Assembly: GCA_044223505.1 (NCBI GenBank)
Contig: JBGALX010000012.1
Location: 218,174-279,070 of the forward strand
Direction: 5' to 3'
Source: Myxococcaceae bacterium
GTDB lineage: Bacteria > Myxococcota > Myxococcia > Myxococcales > Myxococcaceae
DNA: 60,897 bases
Shown: positions 1-11,295 of the stretch, piece after piece
Layout of the letters: every line of letters begins with the position of its first letter
Numbering within the stretch: the first letter of the stretch is position 1
Made by a program: the position numbers and the translations under genes
The notes under the pieces: generated by a model
Seen by the model: the letters and a program-made list of their open reading frames with translations, nothing else
The model's database searches: none
What the model was told of the DNA's origin: nothing

Positions 1-133
1 GGAACAGCACCAGCGGAGCGCCCTGCAGCGTGAACGGCATCGGCTTGCCGGCCTTCAGGCTCTTCGCCTCGCACGCGATGAACCACGCGTCGGGCAGCTT
101 CACCACGCTCGTCTTGGGAGGAATCGCCGACAT
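1..133 (-). CDS. Partial CDS running off the left edge (N-terminal 44 aa only). MSAIPPKTSVVKLPDAWFIACEAKSLKAGKPMPFTLQGAPLVLF resembles the start of a Rieske [2Fe-2S]-domain protein.
   Basis: ATG at 131-133 on the minus strand, open to the window edge. The ...GxPxxFxLxGxPLVLF pattern is typical of Rieske N-termini. It is not in the ORF track because it lacks a stop inside the window. Confidence 0.3.
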   Translation of the reverse strand, partial: MSAIPPKTSVVKLPDAWFIACEAKSLKAGKPMPFTLQGAPLVLF

Positions 134-206
134 GCCGCTCGGTCCTTATAGCGCGCACCCTGGCTGCCCCGCAGAAGACGGGGTGACTTTGCAGGCACGC
201 GCCGGC

Positions 207-2066
<1,860 letters not shown>

Positions 2067-2383
2067 GACCGCACATTCCACGCGGCCGCGGGGTCTGCAA
2101 GGCGCTCGAGCCGCGCGCGCAGTCGTGCCGCGACCACCCCGTCGCGGTACCGCAAACCGTCGTTTGCTTCGGACACGCTCGAGATCCTGCTGCAGCCGTA
2201 CGAGCGCGAGGGCCGGCCGGGCGCGGCCTGCGTGTTCGTCGAGCCCGGAGCCGAGGCGAAGTCGGGCCGCGTCTTCCTGCAGATGGAGCCGGCTCGAGCC
2301 TGACGTCGGCTTCAGCCGCGACGACTGGGGCATCTGCTTCGACTTCGGTCACATCTTCTGAGCGCGCAGCGCGAGCAGGAGGC

Positions 2384-3826
2384 TCAGTGCCACTGGAAGT
2401 TCCAGGTGACGCGGGAAGGCGTGACGTAGCCGCCGACCGCGACAGTGTAACGGCCGGCCGGCAGCGTCTGGCGGACGAGCTCGTGGAAGTCGTTCTTCTG
2501 CACGTTGTCGTCGATGCTGGAGGCGACGAGGTTGTTCGAGGCGTCGAAGATGAAGAGGTCGAGGTCGGCGTCGAGGTGGGCCTCGAACGAGAGCTCGGCG
2601 CTCATCGCTCCGCCGGCGTGGTTCACGGTGAAGAAGTCGTGCAGCCGCGCGTTCGTGTAGCCGAGGCTGGCGAGCGTGGTGACGGTCGCGGCGTCGGAGC
2701 TGTGGACGTCGCCGACGAGCACCTGGCCGCTGCCCGAAAAGTCGCGCGCCGAGGCGCGGGTGTCGTTCGGCTCGACCTCGCGCTGGGGCGTGAAGGCGTA
2801 GTGGGTGAGCGACGAGCCGAGCAGGCCGACGTCGTACTTGTGGAAGTGCATCGTGCAGTAGCCGCCTCCGCAGCTGGAGAGGAAGCTCTGCGCGAAGTAG
2901 CCGAGCGGGCCGACGCCCTCGCGGAAGAAGTCCTTCTCGGTGGCGCTGGAGTCGACGTCGCCGCCGCAGATCGTGCCGACGCCGCTGAAGTACTCGCACT
3001 GGCTGGTGCTCGACGACGTCGAGGCCGACAGGGCCGACCCCTTCACGAACACGCTGTCGATGGAGTCGGCGCGCGCCGAGATCAGGCGGTCGTTGCGGAA
3101 CTCGGCGAAGAAGCCGCCGCCCGACCACGCGCCGCGCTGCGCGTCGAACACGACCTCGGTGCCGACCCCGTCCTTCGAGCCGAGGAGCTGGCTGCCGTGG
3201 AGCGCGAGGTACTTCCACCGCGGCGCGAACTTCTGCTCGGTGTAGCGGCCCATCGCCGCCGAGCGGCCGTAGAGCTCGACGGCGTTCATCGCCACGCCGC
3301 CGATGGTGCGCGGCGCGCCGAGCCGCACGTAGAACATGCCGCGGTCGGTCACCGTGACGTCGTTCACCTTCTCGAAGAGCTCCCACCCGAAGGCCCAGAA
3401 GTCGCCCTGCTCGAGCGGGAAGTCGAACCCGGCGAGGCGCGGCGGCGGCGCGTTGGTGGTGGCGCACGCGGAGTCGCTGCGGGCCGACTCGTTGCCCGCG
3501 GCGTCGGCGGCGACGACCTGGTAGCAGTACCGCGTCTGGCCGGCGAGGCCGGTGTCGCCGAGCTGGGTCTCGGAGGTCGAGCCGATCGGCAGGCCGTCGC
3601 GGAGCACGTGGTAGCGCGACGCCTCGGGGGAGGCGCTCCACGACAGGCCGATGGTCGAGTCGGACAGCGCCATCGCGACGACGCCCGCCGGGGAGGCGGG
3701 CGCGGTGGTGTCGGCGGGCGGCGGCGGAGGAGAAACCCCGGTGCCCGGCCCTTCCGACAGGTCGAGCCCGCAGCCTGCGAGCAGGAGCCCGAGACAAACC
3801 AGAATGCTCTTCAGGGGAGTGGTCAT
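2384..3826 (-). CDS. Secreted lipoprotein with a fibronectin type III domain (480 aa).
   Basis: Internal ATG at 3826 gives MTTPLKSILVCLGLLLAGCG (signal peptide plus lipobox LAGC). A PPPP linker is followed by an FN3-like segment (SDSTIGLSWSASPEASRYHV...CYQVVAADAAGNES). GC3 is high across the ORF. Confidence 0.7.
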   Translation of the reverse strand: MTTPLKSILVCLGLLLAGCGLDLSEGPGTGVSPPPPPADTTAPASPAGVVAMALSDSTIGLSWSASPEASRYHVLRDGLPIGSTSETQLGDTGLAGQTRYCYQVVAADAAGNESARSDSACATTNAPPPRLAGFDFPLEQGDFWAFGWELFEKVNDVTVTDRGMFYVRLGAPRTIGGVAMNAVELYGRSAAMGRYTEQKFAPRWKYLALHGSQLLGSKDGVGTEVVFDAQRGAWSGGGFFAEFRNDRLISARADSIDSVFVKGSALSASTSSSTSQCEYFSGVGTICGGDVDSSATEKDFFREGVGPLGYFAQSFLSSCGGGYCTMHFHKYDVGLLGSSLTHYAFTPQREVEPNDTRASARDFSGSGQVLVGDVHSSDAATVTTLASLGYTNARLHDFFTVNHAGGAMSAELSFEAHLDADLDLFIFDASNNLVASSIDDNVQKNDFHELVRQTLPAGRYTVAVGGYVTPSRVTWNFQWH

Positions 3827-3909
3827 GGCCGCCTGAAGAGCAGGCCGCGTGCCCCGGGCCTGGCCCGTGCCGGCGGGCGCTTGCGGGCCGGCGGAATCGG
3901 CTGAACAGT

Positions 3910-4164
3910 TCATCGACCGTCCTGCGAGCGGCGGTTCCACTCGTCCAGATCCTGGAGGCGCACTTCCCGGCACGTGGGCCCCCAGCCCAGCTCCGGGTTG
4001 GGCCTGCTGTAGCAGTCGTAGATGAGGTCGGTCGCGCCGGGGCGCGAGCGGATGATCACGTAGTGGCTCTTGTCGGTCTCCGCCCCGTGGAGCTGAAAGC
4101 TGTACGAGGCGCAGGAGCTCGACAGTGCGGCGAACACGGCGAGCAGAACGATTCGTGCGTTCAT
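3910..4164 (-). CDS. Small secreted protein, 84 aa, four Cys.
   Basis: ATG at 4162-4164 is preceded by GGAGG. N-terminus MNARIVLLAVFAALSSSCAS is a signal peptide. Only the last 84 codons of track ORF 3910..5235 look protein-like; the rest is an Arg-rich artefact. Confidence 0.5.
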   Translation of the reverse strand: MNARIVLLAVFAALSSSCASYSFQLHGAETDKSHYVIIRSRPGATDLIYDCYSRPNPELGWGPTCREVRLQDLDEWNRRSQDGR

Positions 4165-4178
4165 GGTTTCGCCTCCGT

Positions 4179-6320
4179 TCACGGGCTGATGGTGAGGCGG
4201 ATGTAGTTGACGTCGAGGCTGTCGACGAACGTGGTGCCGCCGCCGTGTGGTGCGACGGCGATCTCGTTCACGCCGCCCGAGTAGCTGAACGCCGCGGTCG
4301 AGGGCATCACCAGCGAGCTCGCGAGCCAGCTGGCGCTGCTGATCGTCTGGTAGCTCGCGTGCAGGTTCGCCATGGGGCTGAGCGCGGCGCGGAACAGGTC
4401 CGTCGGGCCGGCCGCCGGAAGACCGCGCAGCCTGACGCGATACCCGAGCGTCACCGAGCGCTGGCCGGTGAACTGGTCCAGCTTGAACTGGAAGCCCGCG
4501 TAGCCCTGGCCGCCGTTGTGCGGGACGGTCCAGTAATACGGCCAGGTGTTCGTCGCGTCGCGGCTCACCGGAGCGAGGGTCGTGCCGCCGGTGATCGCGA
4601 ACCCGGTCGCCTGCGTCGGGTAGCTCAAGAGCTGCGTGTTGTTCGTGAAGTAGAGGAGGCTGCCGTTCACGCCGTCGCCGTTCGGCATCACGCACATCGT
4701 CGGCGACGTGGGGATGACGGTGATGCCGCAGACGGCCCGGCACGCTCCGTCGGTGCACATCTGGAAGGCGTTGCACGACGACGTCGTCCACGCACCGTTG
4801 GAGCACGTCTGAACCTGGGTCGGAGAGCCGGCGACGCAGCGCGTGGGCATCGGGCACGGGGTGGTCGTGACGGTGATGCAGCGCACGACGCTCCAGGGGT
4901 CGCCGGCCGAGGCGGTGCCGTTGCGGCTGCGGTAGCAGTAGGTGCCTGCGGGCCTGCCGGTGAAGCTGAACACGGCGGGCGAGCCGCTGTTCTGCGACTG
5001 CGCGACCGGCGACGTGAAGGACATGTTGTCGTCCTCCTCGAGCACGTTGAAGGTCGAGCAGATGGAAGCGGTGCAGGTGACGGTCACGCTGTAGCTGCCG
5101 GTCGTGGAGCCCGTCGGGACCGAGACGGTCGTCGCCGGCGGGCGCGGCTCCAGCGCGATGTTGACGGTGCGCGCCTGCGTCATGCTCACGGTGCAGCTCG
5201 TCTGAGTCGGGCTGACGGCGGCGCAGCCGGACCATGAGGCCACCTGCGAGCCGGCGTCGGGGGCCACGGTGATCGTGACCATCGCGCCGCTCGGGTATGC
5301 CTCGGAGCAGTCGGTGCCGCAGTTGATCCCGGTCGCGGTGACGACGCCTGTGCCCGCGCCCGCCTTCACGATCGTGAGCAGGAAGGTCGGAGCCGTGATC
5401 GTGGCGCTGGCGGTATTCGAGTACGCCGAGTCACCCACCGCGTTCGTCGCGCGCACGCGGAAGGCGTACGCACCCGCGCCGACCGACGGCGCCGTGTGCA
5501 TCGTCGCGCCCGCCGCGGGCTGCGCGATCTCGACGAACGCGCCGCCCGCGAAGCTCTGCTCGAGCTTGAAGCCGAGCTCGTTGTTCGAGTTGTCGCTCCA
5601 GCTCAGCGTGATGCTGGTCGTACCCGCGCTCGCCACGAGGTTGCTCGGCGGTGCGGGCGGCTGCGGCGCGGCCGGCACCGTGACGGAGGCGACGTTGCTG
5701 TACGCCGAAACGCCGGTGCCCGAGACCGCGCGGACGCGGTACCAGTAGCTGGTGGCGGGCAGCACGCTGGTGTCGGCCTCGTTCGAGATGCCGGCCACCG
5801 GGCTCGACACGAGCGCGAACGGGCCGGTCGCCGCGGTTGCGCGCTCGAGCTCGAAGCCGGTCTCGTCGTTCGACGGGTGAGACCAGCTGAGCAGCACGAC
5901 GGTGCTCGTCATGGCGGTCGCCGTCAGCTGCGTCGGCGCGGCCGGGCCGGTCATGGCGCTGCCGCCTGCGGTCGCCATTCCGCCTGCGGTCGCCATTCCG
6001 CCTGCGGTCGCCGTTCCGCCCGCGGTCGCCATTCCGCCTGCGGTCGCCGTTCCGCCTGCGGTCGCCGTTCCGCCTGCGGTCGCCATTCCGCCTGCGGTCG
6101 CGATTCCGCCCGCGCTCGCCATTCCGCCCGCCGCTCCGTTGCCGCCTCCGGCGCCGCTCGGCTTGTGCTCCTCGCACATGCCGCCGCGGCAGGTCAGCCC
6201 CTGGTCGCAGCTCAGACCCTGCGTGCAGGCACAGCCCTCACTTCCGACGGGGCACGGCGTGCCACACGACGTGGCGACCAACAGCGAGGCGGCGAGCACG
6301 GCAAGATGACGGGCAGTCAT
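4179..6320 (-). CDS. Large secreted multidomain protein (714 aa): signal peptide, Cys-rich module, Gly/Ala/Thr heptad-repeat linker, two FN3 domains, an InlB-B-repeat-like beta-sandwich domain and a Cys-containing C-terminal domain.
   Basis: Internal ATG at 6320 gives MTARHLAVLAASLLVATSCG. The linker (GGMATAGGTATAGG)n is encoded by a 21-nt tandem repeat. FN3 motifs LSWSHPSNDETGFELER and LSWSDNSNNELGFKLEQ are present, as is a GINCGTDCSEAY...WSGC motif typical of Listeria-Bacteroides / InlB-B-type repeats. Confidence 0.75.
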   Translation of the reverse strand: MTARHLAVLAASLLVATSCGTPCPVGSEGCACTQGLSCDQGLTCRGGMCEEHKPSGAGGGNGAAGGMASAGGIATAGGMATAGGTATAGGTATAGGMATAGGTATAGGMATAGGMATAGGSAMTGPAAPTQLTATAMTSTVVLLSWSHPSNDETGFELERATAATGPFALVSSPVAGISNEADTSVLPATSYWYRVRAVSGTGVSAYSNVASVTVPAAPQPPAPPSNLVASAGTTSITLSWSDNSNNELGFKLEQSFAGGAFVEIAQPAAGATMHTAPSVGAGAYAFRVRATNAVGDSAYSNTASATITAPTFLLTIVKAGAGTGVVTATGINCGTDCSEAYPSGAMVTITVAPDAGSQVASWSGCAAVSPTQTSCTVSMTQARTVNIALEPRPPATTVSVPTGSTTGSYSVTVTCTASICSTFNVLEEDDNMSFTSPVAQSQNSGSPAVFSFTGRPAGTYCYRSRNGTASAGDPWSVVRCITVTTTPCPMPTRCVAGSPTQVQTCSNGAWTTSSCNAFQMCTDGACRAVCGITVIPTSPTMCVMPNGDGVNGSLLYFTNNTQLLSYPTQATGFAITGGTTLAPVSRDATNTWPYYWTVPHNGGQGYAGFQFKLDQFTGQRSVTLGYRVRLRGLPAAGPTDLFRAALSPMANLHASYQTISSASWLASSLVMPSTAAFSYSGGVNEIAVAPHGGGTTFVDSLDVNYIRLTISP
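5961..6135. repeat. In-frame 21-nt tandem repeat (about 8 copies) encoding the heptad (A)GG(M/T)ATA linker of the FN3 protein.
   Basis: Directly visible: ccgcctgcggtcgccattccg repeated head-to-tail with single-base variants (att/gtt). Confidence 0.85.
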
Positions 6321-6346
6321 TGTGGTTCTCCTGCGGGGTTGGGGTT

Positions 6347-7117
6347 TCAGAACGAAGCGGCGAGGCCGACGGACCCGCCGTTGCCGCTGACCGAAACGAC
6401 GGGCGCGATACGAAGACGGCTCTGCTCGCGCGCGTCGTGCACCTCGGCGGCGCTGTCGGCCTGCGCGGCGGCGACGAAGCCGTCGATCGCGAAGAACGCC
6501 ATCGACATCGACGACAGGCCCTGCGTCATGAACGGGCCGTACGGGAGGCGCAGGCCGAACGCGCCGAGCACGAGCTGGCTGGTGCCCGACACGAGCGAGA
6601 GCACGTAGGTGAGCCAGCCGAGCGCCCGGCTGCCGCCGCTGCCGGTGATGTTGTTGGCGTCGCGCGCCGAGCCCGCGCCGCCCGCGACGATGGGCGCCAT
6701 GATCACGCCCGTGCCGTGCAGCGCGAGCCGGAGCGGCAGCTGCACCGACGTCTCGTCGAGGAACAGCTCGTTGAACGCCGTCGCGCCGGCCAGGGTGCCC
6801 GCGAACACGAGGCCCATCACCGCGGCGCCGCGCGCCCAGCCGGCGGTCGGCCGCGGCTCGCTGCGCTCGAGCTCGATCACCGGCACCTGCACGATCGGCG
6901 CGACCGCAGCGACCGGCGAGACGAGCGGAGCGGCCGGCAGGCACTCGCCGTTCGCCGTGCAGGTCTCGCCTGCGGCGCACAGCGGGTTGCACGCCGACAC
7001 GCACTGGGCCGCGATGCACACGAAGCCGCTGCGGCAGCCCGGGAAGCACGCGTCGGCCTGGGCGGCGGCGGCGACCGGGAGGATGAAGGCGACGAGACCG
7101 GCGGAGAGCTTGATCAT
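6347..7117 (-). CDS. Secreted protein with a Cys-rich N-terminal module and a Gly/Ala-rich C-terminal region ending in Phe (putative outer-membrane beta-barrel), 256 aa.
   Basis: Internal ATG at 7117 gives MIKLSAGLVAFILPVAAAAQA (signal peptide). It has 10 Cys in the first 60 mature residues, alternating hydrophobic/Gly stretches and a C-terminal ...LAASF (aromatic terminal residue typical of OMPs). Confidence 0.55.
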   Translation of the reverse strand: MIKLSAGLVAFILPVAAAAQADACFPGCRSGFVCIAAQCVSACNPLCAAGETCTANGECLPAAPLVSPVAAVAPIVQVPVIELERSEPRPTAGWARGAAVMGLVFAGTLAGATAFNELFLDETSVQLPLRLALHGTGVIMAPIVAGGAGSARDANNITGSGGSRALGWLTYVLSLVSGTSQLVLGAFGLRLPYGPFMTQGLSSMSMAFFAIDGFVAAAQADSAAEVHDAREQSRLRIAPVVSVSGNGGSVGLAASF

Positions 7118-7249
7118 GGCGGCCGACAGAGCAGCCGCTGTGCCCCGCGTTTGATTCGCCGGGTCGCGCACTTGGCGCGCGCGGCGTGGGACCGGAAGCG
7201 TCCATGAACTGTTCAGCCCCGGGTGTGCGGCGCTGTACTATTCGCCTCG

Positions 7250-8548
7250 ATGACCCGTTGCCCGCATTGCCACGCGCCGGTCGGGGACACCGACACCTCG
7301 TGCGCCGCGTGCAAGGGCGCGCTGGTGTCGGGACCAGGTCCGGCCGACCCCGAGCTGCTGGCCGGCAACTTCCGCCGCATCCGGCTGATCGGCTCGGGCG
7401 GCATGGGCGCGGTCTGGCTCGCCGAAGACGTCGGGCTCCAGCGCCAGGTGGCCGTGAAGCTCCTCGCAGAGAAGCTGTGCCACGACCCCGAGCTCGTCGA
7501 GCGTTTCCTGCGCGAGGCGCGGCTCATGGCGAAGGTCGACCACCCCAACGTGGTGCCCGTGCACTTCGTCGGACGGTGGAACCACGTGCCGTTCATCGTG
7601 ATGAAGCTGCTGTCGGGGGATCCGCTCTCGGAGTACGCCCGCGCCCGGCCGCTCACGCTCACCGACATCGCCGGCATCGCGCGGCAGGTTTGCAGCGGGC
7701 TGACCGCGCTCCACGCGCAGGGCATCATTCACCGCGACATCAAGCCCGCGAACATCTTCATCTGCGACGACGGCCGCGTGTTGCTGCTCGACCTCGGCGT
7801 CGCGAGAGAGAGCGACAGCAGCCTCACCCATACGGGCGCCCTGATCGGCACTCCACGCTACATGCCGCCCGAGCAGGTGCAGGGCCGCGAGGTCGATGCC
7901 TCCTGCGACGTCTACTCGCTCGGCGTCGTGCTCTACGAGCTGTTCGCCGGCCGCCGCATGTTCGAAGTCGACAGCAACGACTCGGTCTTGAGGGCGCACG
8001 TCTACGCGCGCCCCGAGCCGCTGACGCGCGTGAGCGAGCCGGTGTGGAGGGTGCTCGAGAAGGCGCTCGAGAAGGAGCCGGCCCAGCGCTACCGCACCGC
8101 GGCCGAGTTCAGCCAGGCGCTCGACGGCGCGGTCGGCGCGCCCAGCGACGTGCTCGCCGAGACGTACGTGGGCCCGTGGAAGAAGAAGGCGACCCCGCTG
8201 TCGCAGGTCGGGTTCGACGCGACGGTGCCCTCCGCGGTGCGCAAGCGGCGCGTGGCGCTGGTCACGGTGATGGGCGTGTCCGCCGTGATCGGTGCGGGCG
8301 GGGCGCTGTGGGCGCTGCGACCTGGGGCGTCCGAGGCGCCGCCGCTGCCGGCCCCGCTCCAGGCGCCGCCGAAGGTCGTGGTCGCCGAGCCTCCCAGAGA
8401 AGAGCCGGCGCCGGTCGAACCGGTCGACGCCGGGGTGAAGCTCACGGCCGCGACGCCCGCGCCTTCGCCCCGGCCCGCGGGCGGCCGCGGGGTGACGAAG
8501 CCGCCTCCTCCGCGCGAGGAAGCGCCGCCGCCGCTGCTGCCGCGCTGA
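7250..8548 (+). CDS. Serine/threonine protein kinase with an N-terminal zinc-ribbon, one TM helix and a Pro-rich C-terminus.
   Basis: Motifs GSGGMGAVW...AVK (ATP binding), HRDIKPANI (catalytic loop), DLG and GTPRYMPPE (activation segment). N-terminal CPHC...CAAC. The track ORF begins with GTG at 7223; the first ATG is at 7250. Confidence 0.85.
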   Translation: MTRCPHCHAPVGDTDTSCAACKGALVSGPGPADPELLAGNFRRIRLIGSGGMGAVWLAEDVGLQRQVAVKLLAEKLCHDPELVERFLREARLMAKVDHPNVVPVHFVGRWNHVPFIVMKLLSGDPLSEYARARPLTLTDIAGIARQVCSGLTALHAQGIIHRDIKPANIFICDDGRVLLLDLGVARESDSSLTHTGALIGTPRYMPPEQVQGREVDASCDVYSLGVVLYELFAGRRMFEVDSNDSVLRAHVYARPEPLTRVSEPVWRVLEKALEKEPAQRYRTAAEFSQALDGAVGAPSDVLAETYVGPWKKKATPLSQVGFDATVPSAVRKRRVALVTVMGVSAVIGAGGALWALRPGASEAPPLPAPLQAPPKVVVAEPPREEPAPVEPVDAGVKLTAATPAPSPRPAGGRGVTKPPPPREEAPPPLLPR

Positions 8549-8608
8549 GCACGACAAGTTCGCGCGTTGACAGCCTCGAGCCTGCGCGGCAGGTTGCTGC
8601 GCCGCGCG

Positions 8609-9871
8609 ATGAAACCTCTGGCTCGACTGTGCGGGGCAGTCGTCGTGACCGGCGTGTGCATGACGGCCGCCACGGCCCGCGCCGACCCGGCGAGCGAGGC
8701 CGAGCTGCAGTACCTGCTCGGCACCGAGCTGTACAAGCAGCGCAAGTTCCAGGAGGCGCTCCAGCACTTCATCGCATCGAACCGGCTGGTGCCCAACGCG
8801 AACGTCGTCTTCAACATCGCGCTGACCTATGGGCTGCTCAACCGCCCTGCCGACGCGTTCAACTGGTACGAGACGTTTCTGAGGTTCCCGAACGTCGACG
8901 AGGCCGCGCGGTCGAGGGCCCGGGCGGAGCTCGCGGCGCTGGCGCAGCGCGTGGCGGTGATCGCGGTGACGACCTCGCCGCCCGAAGCCGAGCTGTTCGT
9001 CGATCGCGTCGATCTCGGCTCGCTGGGCAGTTCGCCCCGGAAGCTCGCCGTCGCGCCCGGGGCGCACAAGGTCATCGCGCGCCTCTCGGGTCACCACGAC
9101 GCCGAGGCCGAGGTCGTCGCGAACCTGGGTGCGACCGCGGCGCTCGAGCTGAGCTTGAGCGCGCTGGTCGGAACGCTGGCGGTCGAGACCAACGTGCCCG
9201 CGGCGGTGCGCCGCGAAGACACGAACGAGGCCCTGGGCGAGACGCCGCTGCGCCTCACGCTGCCCGCCGGCGAGTACCGGCTGATCATCTCGGCCGAGGG
9301 CTACGTCGATCAGCAGAGGGTCGCGGTGCTGCGCGCCGACGCCGAGACGCGGGTGCAGGTGAAGCTCGAGCAGGCGGCGAGCCGCGTGGCGGCGCTGACG
9401 GTGACCGGCACTCCTCAGGGCGCGCGGGTGCTGCTCGCGGGTCGCGACCTCGGGCCGGTGCCGCTCACCACGAATGGCCTCACGCCCGGCGTCTTCGAGC
9501 TCGAGGTGGTCTCGCCCGGCCACGAGGCGTTCCGGCACACGCTGGTGCTCGAGGCGGGGGGCGCGACGCGCGTCGCGGTGCGGCTCGTCGGCCCGAACGA
9601 CCTGCGCTGGCGGTGGCTCAAGTGGGTGGGCTACGGAGCGGGAGCCGTGGGTTTCGGCGCCGGCCTGGTGGTGGGGGGCGTCGCGATCTCGAAGCGCAAC
9701 GGCTTCTGGGAGGCCCCCAACCGGCGCGCTGCCGATCTGGTGTGGGCCCTGAATCCGGTCGCCGATGCGCTGTGGATCTCGGGCCTCGTCGTCGCGGCGG
9801 CGACGGCGCTGCTCGACCTGGTCATCGTGCCCACGCCCCACACGGCCGGCACCGTCGAGGTGGTGCGGTGA
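8609..9871 (+). CDS. PEGA-domain protein with a signal peptide, a TPR-like N-terminal region and a C-terminal TM segment.
   Basis: ATG at 8609 gives MKPLARLCGAVVVTGVCMTAATARA. Two PEGA-type motifs (PLRLTLPAGEYRLIISAEGY; GPVPLTTNGLTPGVFELEVVSPGHE). Position downstream of an STPK is a common myxobacterial arrangement. Confidence 0.75.
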   Translation: MKPLARLCGAVVVTGVCMTAATARADPASEAELQYLLGTELYKQRKFQEALQHFIASNRLVPNANVVFNIALTYGLLNRPADAFNWYETFLRFPNVDEAARSRARAELAALAQRVAVIAVTTSPPEAELFVDRVDLGSLGSSPRKLAVAPGAHKVIARLSGHHDAEAEVVANLGATAALELSLSALVGTLAVETNVPAAVRREDTNEALGETPLRLTLPAGEYRLIISAEGYVDQQRVAVLRADAETRVQVKLEQAASRVAALTVTGTPQGARVLLAGRDLGPVPLTTNGLTPGVFELEVVSPGHEAFRHTLVLEAGGATRVAVRLVGPNDLRWRWLKWVGYGAGAVGFGAGLVVGGVAISKRNGFWEAPNRRAADLVWALNPVADALWISGLVVAAATALLDLVIVPTPHTAGTVEVVR

Positions 9872-11295
9872 TCGGCCTGCGCGTCGCGGCGCCGGGGGTG
9901 GTGGGAGCGCTGCTCAGCGGCTGCCTCCTCGCCAACAAGATTGAAGTGTGCGAGCGGCGCGTGCCCGAGGGTCAAGAGCTCAACGCCCTGACCGACGGCC
10001 CACAGCGGGTGAGCTCGCCGAGGGCGGTGGCGGCCGTGCCGACGGGCGAGGCCCTCGTCGTCTTCCGCTCGGGTGTGTTCGGCGCCGTCGACGACGAGCG
10101 CAGCGTCTTGCGAACCGTGCTCGTCGACGCGGCGGGCACACCGCTGCCGACCTGCAACGCCACTTCGGAGTACACGCTCGTCGACGTCGGCCCCTCCGAC
10201 CGCATCTTCCACACGAACGCAGAAGTCACGCTGCCGGCCGACCTCGGGGACATCGGGCTCGTGTCGTTCGTCCGCTATGACCGGACGAAGCTCTCGATGG
10301 AGGTCATGGGCCAGCTGGTGAGCCCGCAGGGCTGCGGCATCGGCAGCACCACGCCGTTCGAGATCAGCGACGAGCCCGACGGCTCACCGTGCGAATTGGG
10401 CCCGGCTTTTCACTGCGTCGCCACGCCCGCGACCGTGCAGGTCAAGCCGAACCGCTTCGCGGTGTTCTGGCTGTCGGGTCACGACGTCTCGATGCTCCAG
10501 GGCGACTTCGGCATCTTCGGGCGGGTCTTCGACGCGGACTATCAGGGCCACCGGCCCCTGCCGACGAGCCTGGCCTCCAACGGTAAGCCGGCGCGGCTCA
10601 GCGAGCCGGGCAGCGGGCCGAGCTCGCTCGCCGCGCTGGGGCTCGGGCAAGACCGGATCGCGCTCGCGTGGCAGGAACGCTCGACCGGCCGGCCGCTGCG
10701 CACGGTGATCCGGGTCATCAACGATCGTTTCGACCGGCTCTCGAGCGAGATCGAGCTCTCCGCCAGCACCGCCGAGACCCCCGAGCTGACGAGCGTGGCG
10801 CTGGCGCTGGCTGGCAATCGGCTGCTGGTCATGTGGGTGCAACGCAACCGCACGGGCGTCGACGCGGTGTTCACCCGCATCCTGGAGCTCGGAGCGGACG
10901 GTTCGCTCACGCCCGTCAGCGTCGAGCGGGAGGTCGACGCCCCGGCGCGAGGCCGTCAAGATCGGCCCTCCGCGGTCGTGGTCACCGGGCCGAAGGGGCC
11001 TCTGTTCCTGGTGGTGTGGACGGAGGACGCCGGCGACGGCGACGGGCGCGGCGTTCGCGCGGTGCTGCTCGACGTCGACGGGAACCCCGTGTTCAACAAC
11101 ACGTCATGCGCTGACACTCCGTTCGTGCTGACCTCGGTCCGGTCTGGCGATCAGCGCGAACCGGCAGCGGCGGTGCTGGAGAACGGCACAGTGTTCGTGG
11201 TCTGGTCCGACGAGGGACGATCGATGCACGACCGCAGTGGATCGGCCGTATTGGGGGCTACCTATGAACCGCGCACGCTGCTGCCCTTTCCGTAG
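9868..11295 (+). CDS. Lipoprotein with repeated beta-strand motifs (possible beta-propeller), 475 aa.
   Basis: GTG at 9868 overlaps the TGA of the PEGA gene (GTGA). N-terminus VIGLRVAAPGVVGALLSGCLLA has lipobox LSGC. Repeated ...LLVMWVQ / LFLVVWTED / VFVVWSDEG blocks. The rest of track ORF 7186..11295 upstream is an artefact. Confidence 0.55.
   Translation: MIGLRVAAPGVVGALLSGCLLANKIEVCERRVPEGQELNALTDGPQRVSSPRAVAAVPTGEALVVFRSGVFGAVDDERSVLRTVLVDAAGTPLPTCNATSEYTLVDVGPSDRIFHTNAEVTLPADLGDIGLVSFVRYDRTKLSMEVMGQLVSPQGCGIGSTTPFEISDEPDGSPCELGPAFHCVATPATVQVKPNRFAVFWLSGHDVSMLQGDFGIFGRVFDADYQGHRPLPTSLASNGKPARLSEPGSGPSSLAALGLGQDRIALAWQERSTGRPLRTVIRVINDRFDRLSSEIELSASTAETPELTSVALALAGNRLLVMWVQRNRTGVDAVFTRILELGADGSLTPVSVEREVDAPARGRQDRPSAVVVTGPKGPLFLVVWTEDAGDGDGRGVRAVLLDVDGNPVFNNTSCADTPFVLTSVRSGDQREPAAAVLENGTVFVVWSDEGRSMHDRSGSAVLGATYEPRTLLPFP

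Noticed and set aside
3910-5237. ORFs 3910..5235 (-) and 4125..5237 (+) overlapping the FN3 protein gene
   Set aside because: Only the last 84 codons of 3910..5235 (signal peptide plus small protein) are protein-like. The remainder is Arg/His-rich and overlaps the well-supported FN3 gene in another frame.
5961-6135. 21-nt tandem repeat considered as a possible CRISPR-like array
   Set aside because: It is continuous head-to-tail with no spacers, in frame inside a CDS, and encodes a peptide linker. It is not a CRISPR.
7186-9867. N-terminal 894 codons of track ORF 7186..11295 (+)
   Set aside because: The ORF is in a frame overlapping the STPK and PEGA genes and is Arg-rich. Only the segment from the GTG at 9868 (lipobox N-terminus) onward is a plausible gene.
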